NCBI RefSeq assembly: GCF_902713615.1
Contig: NC_052162.1
Span: 132,518,653-132,582,652 of the forward strand
Source: Scyliorhinus canicula
Lineage: Eukaryota
Reading direction: 5' to 3'
DNA length: 64,000 nt
The stretch's first letter is position 1. Each line of letters starts with the position of its first letter. Position numbers and translations under genes: made by a program. The notes under the pieces are model-generated. The model did no database searches, was not told the origin of the DNA, and saw nothing but the letters and a program-made list of their open reading frames with translations. Of this stretch, positions 37,831 to 48,397 are shown piece by piece.

Positions 37831-38133
37831 CTTTTGCTCTGCTTATCCGTTTGGACACTGGTACAGATGAGGAAGCACGCTGGGCAGAGCACACAAACTC
37901 CACCCCGCTCTCCCACTCCTCTGCACTGGTTCGAAGTTGGCTGACGATAATGTGCAGGCTCCCTTCCTCTGTCAGGGAGTGAGTCGAAACTCCTTCACTT
38001 ATTTTCTTGCTGCTCACTTCCCAGGAGATCTGGACTGAGCTTGGATCAGAACAAACCACTGAGCACTCCAGGGTAGCAGTCCTGTTCATCCAAACCTCTT
38101 CAACAGAAGGATCTCGGAGAAAGACAGACATTC
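37831..38133 (-). CDS. IgW: IgW CH3 exon
   Basis: Acceptor ctcattccaag|GA, donor G|GTGGGC. MSVFLRDPS...LECSVVCSDP...ISW...FVCSAQ...ISRAK. Confidence 0.93.
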
Positions 38134-38394
38134 CTTGGAATGAGAAAGGGAAAACTTCAGAGGAATTGACATTGTTTGGTGTCAGAAGGCGTCAGAATTT
38201 CAGACAAGACTTTTCTATTGTTGATCAGCAATGGAAGGATAGGACAAAAGTGACTTTAAACCACAATCATTTTTAAACTGTAAAACTTGGGCTGATATTG
38301 GATCAGGTTATACTGCAGCTTCTCGCACATTAACAGGGTTATTTCAAGGTCATCTTGCATTTCTTAGTTTTTAGTTTTTGATGGAGAAACACAA

Positions 38395-39185
38395 TGTGAG
38401 CATCAGCAAATTACCCAGCCTTCAGAACAGCCACCACGACACCACACAACCCTGCCAGGGCAATCTCTGCAAGACATGCCAGATCATCGACTTGGATACC
38501 ACCATTACACGTGGTAACACCACCCACCAGGTACGCGGCACATACTCGTGCGACTCGACCAATGTAGTCTACCTCTTACGCTGCAGGAAAGGATGTCCCG
38601 AAGCGTGGTACATGGGCGAGACCATGCAGACACTGCGACAACGAATGAACGGGCATCGTGCGACAATCACCAGGCAGCAATGTTCCCTTCCAGTCGGGGA
38701 ACACTTCAGCAGTCAAGGGCATTCAGCCTCTGATCTCCGGGTAAGTGTTCTCCAAGGCGGTCTTCAGGACACGCGACAACGCAGAATTGCCGAGCAAAAA
38801 CTTATAGCTAAGTTCCGCACGCATGAGTGCGGCCTCAACAGGGATCTTGAATTCATGTCGTATTACATCCACCCCCCACCATCTGGCCTGGACTTGCAAA
38901 ATCCTACCAACTGTTCTGGCTTGAGACAATTCACACCTCTTTAACCTGTGATTATCCCTCTCCCTGGATCTGTAACGATTTGATTACCTGCAAATGCTCG
39001 CATTCCAAGCCTTGTCTGGCATCTCTGACTTTGTCTATATAAATGTTTCTGGAACATACCTTGCCATTCACCTGAGGAAGGAGCTGCGCTCCGAAAGCTC
39101 GTGTTTGAAACAAACCTGTTGGACTTTAACCTGGTGTTGTAAGACTTGTTACTGTGCTCACCCCAGTCCAATGCCGGCATCTCCA
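38395..39185 (+). mobile_element. Penelope-like element 3' fragment (GIY-YIG endonuclease)
   Basis: CQGNLCKTC...NVVYLLRC...WYMGET..TLRQRMNGH...EQKLIAKF...GLN pattern in ORF 38378-38944. Confidence 0.9.
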
Positions 39186-39649
39186 TACCCAGGATTGGAG
39201 GCTGTGCCTTCAGCCACCTCCACCCTAATCTCGGGAACTCCCTCCCTAAACCTCGGTCACTTTGTTTAAGGCTTTCCTGAAAACATATCTCTTCAGCCAA
39301 ACTTTTGATCACCTGTCCTACTGTCTCCTTCTTGACTCAGTGTCAATCTTTATCCTCCAGTGAAGAGAAAACCATAAGAAATAGCAGGAGTGGACCATTC
39401 AGCCCCTCGAACCTTCTCCATCATTCATTACTATCATGGCTCATCTTCTTCCTCAACTCCCTGTTCCAGCCCACTCCCCATATCCCTTGATTTGATGAAG
39501 AATCAAAACATATTGACGTCAGTCTTGAATATACTCAGTGCTGGAGCACCCACAGCTCTCTGAAGGAGGCAATGCCAAAGATGCACAACCTGGAAGAAAT
39601 GTCTCCTCATCTCAGTCCTTCATGATTGATCCCTTATCCTGAGGCTGCG

Positions 39650-40310
39650 GCCATCATGTTCTGGATTCCCCAGCCAGGGGAGACTCCCTCTCAGTGTCGA
39701 TCCTGTCAAACCCCTTCAGAATCTTCTCTGTTTCAAAGAGATCACCTTTTATTTCTCTAAAATCCAGAATGTCTCAATTAACTCAGACCCTCATCATTGG
39801 ACAACCCTCCCATCGCAGCAACCAATCGAGTGAATCTTCTCTGCATTGCCTCCAAGGCAAGTACATCCTTCCTTTGATATGAAGACCAAAAGTGGACACA
39901 GATTAACAGGTCTGGTCCCAACAAATCCCTGTGCGATTGAATCAAGACTTCCAGTCAGCTTGGAACAAAGGTTAACATGTATTTAGCTGCCTCATTACTT
40001 GCTGTACCAGAATATTTACTTCCTGTGTGTCTTGTATGGCGCATTCAAGTCCCTCTCAGCAGAAGCTTTCAAAAGATTAATGCCTTTTAACAGATATTCT
40101 GATTTTGCTGCCAGAGCATTTAACCTCACACTTACACTTTTTATATTCCATCAGCCAGCTTGTTTCCCACTCAGTTAACCTGATTGTATCTCTTTGCAGC
40201 CTCTTGGTGTCCTCTTCTCAGCTTACAGTCAAACTTGTCTTGTCAACACATAGCAGAGTCTGTCGTACTGATTATTGTGGCACTCCACTAGTTACAGCCT
40301 GATTACTTTA
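39650..40310 (-). mobile_element. CR1-like LINE remnant
   Basis: Reverse complement resembles the 1-590 fragment and upstream RT coding sequence. Heavily decayed. Confidence 0.6.
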
Positions 40311-40319
40311 AAATGTCAT

Positions 40320-41045
40320 GGGCGCGATTCTCCCAAACCGGGAGAAATCGTAAGGCTGGCGTCAAAAACGGGCGGGTTTGACACCAGCCTCCGCCCCCCC
40401 GACCGGGAACCGATTCTGGTCCCCGGTCGGGGCTAGCATGCCGCGGCCGTGAACTCCGGCATCGCGGGCTTAACGAATTTCGTTAAGCCCGCTTGCCAGA
40501 GTTTGCGACGGCTCACGCGTCACATGACGTCAGCCGCGCATGCGCGGATTGGAAGACTCCAACCCGCGCATGCGCGGATGACGTCATCGCGCATTTGCGC
40601 GAAATCCCGCGCATGCGCGGGCCGGGATGCCCCTCAGCCGCCCCGCGAATGGATACAGCGGGGCGGCGGAAGGACAAAGAGTGCGCGGGAATCGGACCCG
40701 CTGCCCGCGATCGGTGGGCACCGATCGCGGGCCCATGGCACCCTTGGCACGGCTGTGGTACTGCCGTGCCAATCGGTGCCATAGTTGCCAAGATCCGAAC
40801 TTTACGGCCGTTTTTACGAACGGTCAGACCAGGTGTGTTTGACGTTCCTAAAAACGGCCGTAAAGGGCTTGGACTTCGGCCCATCGGCCAGCTGAGAATC
40901 GCTGCTCGCTGTAAAAAAACGGCGGCAGCGATTCGTGTCGGGAGTCGGGCGTGGGGGGGGGGGGAGAATAGCGGGAGGGCGTCAGACTAGCGTGGCCGTA
41001 AAAATTTACGTACGTAAAAATTCGTGAGTGCGGAGAATTGCGCCC
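40320..41045. mobile_element. Harbinger-type MITE
   Basis: GGGCGCGATTCTCC / GGAGAATTGCGCCC with TSD CAT. Interior similar to 26508-27155. Confidence 0.9.
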
Positions 41046-42123
41046 CATGTTTCTCCCGACTCTGTTTCTCTGTTGACAAATCCTCCATCCGTTTTGATAT
41101 TATCCCCAGGATAAGCTCATACCTGGTGTATTAACCTTTTATTTGGCACATTCTTGAACGTTTTGAAACTCCAAATATACAACATCTACCAGATCCCCTG
41201 TGTCTACCCCTGGAGCTAAGTCTTCAAAAAATCAAATTGTCAGATACAATTTTCGTTTTGTGAAACCATGTTGCCTTTGTCTGATCAGACGAGGATTTTC
41301 TAAGTGTGTGATTCCTCCTTGATAATGGATTCCAGCAACAATAGATTCCAACATTTTCTGACAACAGACATCTGGCTCAGGGTCTGTAGTTTTCTATTTC
41401 CTCTCACCCTCCTTTCTTAAATCGCAGTGTTATTTATGTTTTCTAACTTCCAGTCCACGGGAGTTTGGGAATTTTGGCTGTGAAGCACTCTGGGATGTCC
41501 TGTGGTCATGAAAGACGATAGTTAAATGCAAATTGTTCTTTGCTGTTCTTTTTCTGATTGGAGACAGCACCGGATCTCCTCAGTGTTAAAATCCTGATCC
41601 GAATGTTCCATTGGCCGGGCCTCTCCCTGTCTGTGTCATCTTCTCCAGTCCTACAACCGCCCAGAAACTCTGCATGACTCTGGTCTCTGGCCCACCCTTC
41701 ACTCCCTCTCCCCCAGCATTGGTGGCCATGCCTTCAGCCACCTCGGCTCTAATCTCTGGAACTCACTGCCTAAACCTCAGTGACCTGCCACCTCTCTCCC
41801 CTCATTAGAGACTCTCCTTAAAACCTTGCTCTTCGCCCAAGTTTTTGGTCACAATCTCTCCTTCTTTAGGCTCAGCGTCAGTTTCTCTTTGGTTTTCCTC
41901 CTGTGAGGCACTTTGGAATGTTTTGCTACATTAAAGGCGCTACCTCAATGCAAGTTGTCATTGATTCCCTGTCGAAGAAGATGGTTAGTTTGCATTGGGA
42001 GAGCAGCCCCCATGAGTCAGAGGAAGTAACACAAGTCCCCTCTTCCTGCAGATTGAGGATTATTTCTGCCCAACATGTACTTCCTCTAGTTTCATTCCAG
42101 AGTTACCGGCCTGGGAAGATAAC

Positions 42124-42839
42124 GGGCGGGATTCTGCTGTAATCGGCGGGGTGGGCAACTCCGGCGGGACGGTGTGGCGTAAACCACTCCGGCGTCGGGC
42201 CGCCCCAAAGGTGCTGAATCCTCCGCACCTTCAGGGGCTAGGCCCACCCCCGAGTGGTTTACGCCCCGCCGGCCGGCGGGAAAGGGGCTTGACGTCGCAC
42301 CAACCGGCGCCGAAGGGCCTCCGCTGGCTGGCACAAGTTGCCGCATGCGTGGGAGCGCCGGCGTGTGCTGGCGTCATCGCTGCGCATGCGCAGCGGGCTT
42401 CGTTTCCGCACTGGCAATGGTGAACTGCTACAGCCGCCGGTGCAGAACAATATTGTGCCCCCGCTGCACAGGCCCGCCTGCTGGTCGGTGGGCCCCAATT
42501 GCAGGCTAGGCCACCATGGGGGCACCTCCCGGGGCCAAATTCCCCCCACGCCCCTCCAAGAACCCCGGAGGCCGCCCGCGTCGCCACGTCCCGCCGGTAA
42601 GGACCTACTCCAATTTACGCCGGTGGGACTGGCAAAAAACAGGCGGGACTTCGGCCCATTGCGGGCCGGAGAATTCGGGCAGCCCCAGGGCCCATTGAGT
42701 CGCGCCGGTCCCCGCCATTCTCCGAGGCGGGCAGCGGGATTCACGCCGGGCCGGAGAATTTGGAGGACGGCGGGGGCGGGATTCACGCTGACCCCTGGCG
42801 ATTCTCCGACCCGGCCGGGGGGGTCAGAGAATCCCGCCC
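42124..42839. mobile_element. Harbinger-type MITE
   Basis: GGGCGGGATTCT / AGAATCCCGCCC termini. Confidence 0.85.
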
Positions 42840-43000
42840 AAAGTGTGATTGAATTGTCCACATTTTCTGATTTGTACTCATCTCCCAGGGATGTTCTGTA
42901 CTTGATTAAAACACACACATTCATTTCCTGAATCATAACTGCTGTGATCCACACTGATTGTTCTCTCCCGATGTAATATTAATACTTGGAGAGAAACAGG

Positions 43001-43625
43001 GGACGGGATTCTCCGACCCACTGTGGGGTCGGTGTGAATCCCGCCCCCGCCGGCTGCCGAATTCTCCAGTGCCGGGGATTTGGCGGGGGTGGGAATCGCG
43101 CCGTGCCGGTCGGCAGCGGCCCCCCCACCGATTCTCCGGCCCGCGATGGGCCGAGTGGCCGCCTGTTTTCGGCCAGTCCCGCCGGCGTAAATTAGAGCAG
43201 GTACTTACCGGCGGGACCTGGCTGTGCGGACGGCCGCCGGGGTCCTCGGGGGGCGCGGGGGAATCTGGCCCCAGGAGGTGCCCCCACGGTGTCCTGGCCC
43301 GCGATCAGGACCCACCGATCCACGGGCGGGCCTGTGCCGTGGGGGCGCTCTATTCTTTGGCGTCAGCCGCTGTGGTCCTCCGTCATGGCCGACGCGGAGA
43401 TGAACCCCCCTGCGCATGCGCTGGGATGATGCCAGCAGACGCTGGCGCTCCCGTACATGCGCCAACTCGCGCCGGCCGGTGGAGGTGCAAACCACCCCGG
43501 CGCCGGCCGAGCCACTGAAGGTGCGGAGGATTCCACACCTTTGGGGCGGCCCGACGCCCGAGTGGTTCACGCCACTCCTCGGTGCTGGAGTTGCCCGCCC
43601 AGCCGATTCCCACAGAATCCCGCCC
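43001..43625. mobile_element. Harbinger-type MITE
   Basis: GGACGGGATTCT / AGAATCCCGCCC termini with TSD AGG. Confidence 0.85.
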
Positions 43626-44550
43626 AGGATTCCTATATTTGTGTCTGGATCAAAATCTTTCGTGTCCGCCAACTATCAGCTCTTCCAGCTGCAATTTGAG
43701 CTGATGTTCAGCACACGGTGTCTGGCTGACAGGACCGTGACTGTTATTCGGCTGAGATGTTCTGTTTCTCTCTCTTGTCTTTTGAACAAAACCTTCACCA
43801 ATTCCCTCCCAGATTGGGATTGCTCATTCTATTAGTGAGTAAGTCGAGACGTTTAGAAATCCCTTTTCTAGTTTGTCTCCTGTCATAAAACCTGACAGAG
43901 TTAGAAAAAAAAGTCCCCTTGCCCTTGTAAAATGATGATATTATTGGACATGCGGCATTTAATATTGTTTTCACCTTCTGAGAATATTTTTAAAAACACA
44001 TCCCCGACTTGGATTCCTGTGAACATTGAGCTCCGATCACTGACTGATATCAGCATCCAGGATTGCAGGAGTGAAGGGAACTGTTGCGATTTGTCCACCC
44101 CAGAACTTCATACAAAACCTACCAGTTTGTACAGGACATCAGTGATATCCTTGTGTCCTGAATCAGCAACTTGCCTCAGGACCAGCATCATTGAAGGGGC
44201 CAATCGCACCATTTTACTGGATCAACGAGACCCAACCCACCACCTCCTAACCTCACAGTCTCTCTCTCTCTCTCTCTGGGTGACAAATAGGCTTCTAATT
44301 CTTGGCAGCTTGAGTCAGCTTTGAGAGACAATGATCAGGCGGTGGGGTCAGGTCCCTATTCAATCTGACCTGGAACAGGTCACGACAAAATGACCATTTA
44401 GTTTAGGAGTGGGTTGGGTGCAGGAACCCAAACCATGGCTGTAATATTCGCAGTGCTGACACTTTCATTCTGACATAAACCATGGGCTGACTCGGAACCA
44501 TCCTGGATGGTTCGTAATAACATTCAACAGCCAATTCCATTCACAGTCAA

Positions 44551-44705
44551 TCACTTTATTGTACACGTCTGTTGGAGACAGTTATATTGGACCTTTTCAC
44601 CATTTATGAGGGTCAGATTGAGGTCAGTCTGATAAACAAGCTTCGGCATACACTCAGAACAAGAGCAAGGAAGGCAAGGAAGGCAAGTGCAAGGTTGGTT
44701 TCCAC
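44551..44705 (-). CDS. IgW: Cys-rich secretory tail exon of short (two-C-domain) IgW
   Basis: Acceptor ctcttccaattccag|GT in phase 1 with the CH2 donor. Gives GGNQPCTCLPCLPCSCSECMPKLVYQTDLNLTLINGEKVQYNCLQQTCTIK* (8 Cys). AATAAA overlaps the last codons. Matches the established concept of the unusual Cys-rich IgW-short / skate IgX-short tail. Confidence 0.85.
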
Positions 44706-45414
44706 CTGGAATTGGAAGAGATGCAGATTAAGTGTTAGACATTTTCACTTCCCCTCCCCTGTGCTGGGAAGGTGCCCAAAACCCTGCTCAGTCCTTTCAG
44801 GACCACGTGGATGATGAAAAGCTGCTTCACCTTGTCTAGAATAGTAATGTCAGGGGAAACTGACCTGTGCTTGAAGGGGACGTGGTGGGGGTGGCGATTC
44901 AGTTCAAGACAATGCAGGGAATACATTGATCAGCGATTAATTGGTTAATTTCTGGAGCAGGCACGGGACACAGTGAAGCAAATCCAGGCAATTCCTTCAA
45001 ATGGGAAGTTGGAAAGATTTATTTCCTAAAACGGCACTTAGGAGATGGGAGCAAAGGAAACATAAGGAGCTGATTTGAACTGTGGATGGTATTGGATGTG
45101 TTGGTCTCAGATGGGACGTATCAGGGGGACCATTTCACATCCTGCCCCATTTTCATTTCTAGTCACAGAGAGTGACATTGGATAAGGGCGTGAACAGAGA
45201 GCCAGCCAATTCCCACAGTTTCCCTGCCATTTGGTTAAAATTACTCCCCTTAAATTTAATGTCGAAGCACAAAATACTAAACATTTCACCTCTCCCAACA
45301 GGATCAATATTTGTGACAGTGATTCGTGATTTGAGGGTGAGTCTTACTGCATTAAGTGAAGACAAGTCTAAATTACTGACAGTTTATTCTTTTCCTCTCT
45401 CAGACACCACTTAC

Positions 45415-45720
45415 CCTCTCGGTACCTCATGCTGGTTCTCTTATCGGAGTTGGAAGGTGTGTGGGTCACTCCACATGTGTAGTCATTCCCTTTCTTCCAG
45501 TCCGCCACGGGAACTGTCAGGTAAGAGACTGTTTCGAACGTCTTGTCGGATCTCTCTTTGGAAGGTAATAACACATTGACTTGGACTTCTCCGGCTTTGG
45601 TCCAGGAAACCTGTACTTCGTCAGGATAGAATCCGGATATGACACATCCCAGGACAGCAGTAGTTTGATTGAAGACAGACTCCGGGGATGGGACCAGGGA
45701 GATGAGCTGGGGAGCTTGAG
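45415..45720 (-). CDS. IgW: IgW CH2 exon
   Basis: Acceptor tgttccacag|CT, donor G|GTAAGT. QAPQLISLVPS...LGCVISGFYPDEVQVSW...YTCGVTH...MRYRE. Confidence 0.95.
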
Positions 45721-46458
45721 CTGTGGAACATTGCAATATTTCAGATTACACAATTGTTTTGGTAAATTCCCTCAACTTCTAAAGCAAACATGACGATAAC
45801 AGCCCCTTTCTTTCATAATGATTGATTTGCCCCTGAGCATGTTCACATGATGAGGACACTCGTGACTGTTGAAGAATGCTGGGATTGGGAGAGCTGGCAG
45901 TATACCTGGGGTCTGCCAAGTGGAGAATTCCCATTCCTCAGGGATATGGAGCAAAGTAATAGAAGCTGAGGTGTAGAGCAGCCATGGTGTTGACTGACTG
46001 ATGGAGCAGACTGAAGGAGGTGCCTGGCCTGTACCTGTTTATGTATCCATGTATCGGAGCACACAGAGAGAAACTGTTTCCATTGGGCGGAGCATTGGGA
46101 GTGACAGATTTAAGATAATTCATAGAGTAAACCCAGCTGGGCAGGAGGAAGATTCTCTTTGTAAACACAGCCGATGTGTTTGTGTCTGTAATGCACTGTC
46201 TGAAAGAAAGTGTTTTCAATCAATTCAACAGTAATTTTCAAAAGGGAATTGGAGAATTACTTGGAAAAGGGAACATTTGATGTGGAAAGACAGGGGAGTG
46301 GCACTGATTTGGTGTCTCGGATAATGCTAGCACAGATGTGATGGGTTGAATGGCCTCCTTGCCTGTATGATTTTGTGAGTCAGCAGCTTATTGCAAGTCG
46401 AGGTCAAGGGGTTGGGGAGGCTCTAAAATTGGGCCTGGGTTAGAATTCAGTCGGCCTA

Positions 46459-46685
46459 GGGCAGCACGGTGGCCTAGTGGTTAGCACAACCGCCTCACGG
46501 CGCTGAGGTCCCAGGTTCGATCCCGGCTCTGGGTCACTGTCCGTGTGGAGTTTACACATTCTCCCCGTGTCTGCGTGGGTTTCGCCCCCACAACCCAAAA
46601 ATGTGCAGAGTAGGTGGATTGGCCATGCTAAATTGCCCCTTAATTGGAGAAAATAATTGGGTAATCTAAATTTATAAAAAAAAAA
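46459..46685 (+). mobile_element. Short family A SINE (related copies at 51428-51645 and 56445-56645)
   Basis: GGGCAGCACGGTGGCCTAGTGG...GGTTCGATCCCGG with Pol III A/B boxes and an A-rich tail. TSD-like AGAATTCAGTC flanks. Confidence 0.85.
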
Positions 46686-46794
46686 GAATTCAGTCAGCCT
46701 GTGCTTTGTTTTGTTCCTGGCGGCGTACAGGGATCGAGTATCTGGGATCCAAGAATTCATTTGGATTGTGCTTTGTTTTGTTACCAGCAAGTTA

Positions 46795-47103
46795 CCATTC
46801 AGCCCATCGAGTCTGCACCGACCCTCTGAAAGAGCACCCTACCCGAGCTCACTCCCCTCACCCTATCCCAATAATCCAACCTACACATCTTTTTTGGACA
46901 CTAAGGGACAATTGAGCACCGCCAATCCATCTGACCTCCACATCTTTGGACTGTGGGAGGAAACCAGAGCACCCGGAGGAAACCCACGCAGACACGGGGA
47001 GAAAGTGCAAACTCCACATAGACGGTGACCCAAGGCTGGAATTGAACCCAGATCCCTGGCGCTGTGGGGCAGCAGTGTTAACCACTGTGCCACCGTGCTG
47101 CCT
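46795..47103 (-). mobile_element. tRNA-derived SINE (family A)
   Basis: Homologous to 2920-3214. Confidence 0.8.
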
Positions 47104-47514
47104 GGGTTATGCTTTGTTTTGTTACCAGCAGCACTACCGCCGTACAGAGATCGAGTGTAAGAATTCATTGAGGTTCTGTTTACAACAACCTCCTACAGTG
47201 TTTGGTGGGGGCCGGTCTAGCTCAGTGGGCTAGACAGCGGCTTCGTAATGCAGAGCGAAGCCAGAGGCACAGGTTCAATTCCCGGACCGGCTGAGGTTAT
47301 TCATAAAGGACCTGCCTTCCCAACCTTGCCCCTCCCCTGATATGTGGTTATCCTCAGGTTAAATCACCGCCAATCAGCTCTCCCCCTCAAAGGGGAAGCA
47401 GCCTCTGGTCATCTGGGACCATGGTGACTTTACCTTGACATTCTGATGGTTCCTTTTCTAATTTCATCCCGACACCCGGACAGTTTTTAATGGTAAACAA
47501 TATCTTGTACTCAC

Positions 47515-47832
47515 GTTTAGGTTGAGGCTTTTGGATCTGAACATCCACCATTTTGTCTGGCTTGTAGCCCGCCTTACAGTGGTAGACCCGATTGGCATTC
47601 CAATCCGACGCTGAGACTTTGAGCACATTGCTCGTCGTGTAATTCATATCTTGCCCCAAGAGTGCCGGATACTTGATCCCAGTAGTGATGTCTCTGCCGT
47701 TACTCGACCAAATCTGACTGATACTCTCAGACTTAAAGTCCTTGACCAGACAGAGGAGGCTGATCTCATCTTGGTTGGAGCTTGTGCCACAGGAAGAGCT
47801 GGAGATGTAAACTGATGGTACAACCTGGACAT
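47515..47832 (-). CDS. IgW: IgW CH1 exon
   Basis: Acceptor tacgtttcag|AT, donor C|GTGAGT. VQVVPSVYISSSSCGTSSNQDEISLLCLVKDF...W...VYHCKAGY...KPQPK. C1-set Cys/Trp/Cys pattern plus an N-terminal Cys typical of the light-chain link. Confidence 0.95.
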
Positions 47833-48397
47833 CTGAAACGTAAATAGATGCACACAGATAAATCCAGTAAAGCAATGCCTTCCAGAACATTCAGCAGACG
47901 GATTGGGAGCAGGAGGAGGCCACGAGCTCCTTCGAGCCTGCTCTGCCATTCAATAAGATGATGGCTCATATCATTTTAACCTCAACCCCACATTTTCACC
48001 TACCCCCCGCCCCTCCGGCGATCACATTTCACCCTCTTGCTGAACAAGAATCTATTTAGCTCTGCCTTAAAAATATTCAGAGACTCTGATTCCACTGCCT
48101 TTTGAGAAAGAGAGTTTCAAAGACTCTTGACAATCTGAGGAAAAAACAATTCTCCTCATCGCTGTCTAAATGGGCAACCCCTTATTTTCAAACCTTGACA
48201 CCGACTTCCCAAAAGAGGAAACATCGGCCAGAATTCCCGGTGGTTGTTGTTCACTTTTCCGACGGCAGCTCACCCCCACCTCTGGGTTTCCCGGCGGTAT
48301 GGGGTGGTTTCAATGGGAAATTAATAAGAGGATCAGGAATTACGGGAGAAGGCAGGAAAATGGGGATGATAAACATATTAGCTATGATTGAATGGCG

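Noticed and set aside
41526-41533. Perfect Ig octamer ATGCAAAT in the CH2-CH3 intron
   Set aside because: It sits in a LINE-tail-like remnant, is isolated, and is expected by chance in 64 kb.
46459-46540. tRNA-like sequence (also at other SINE heads)
   Set aside because: A and B boxes continue into a SINE body and tail, and there is no complete cloverleaf or acceptor stem.
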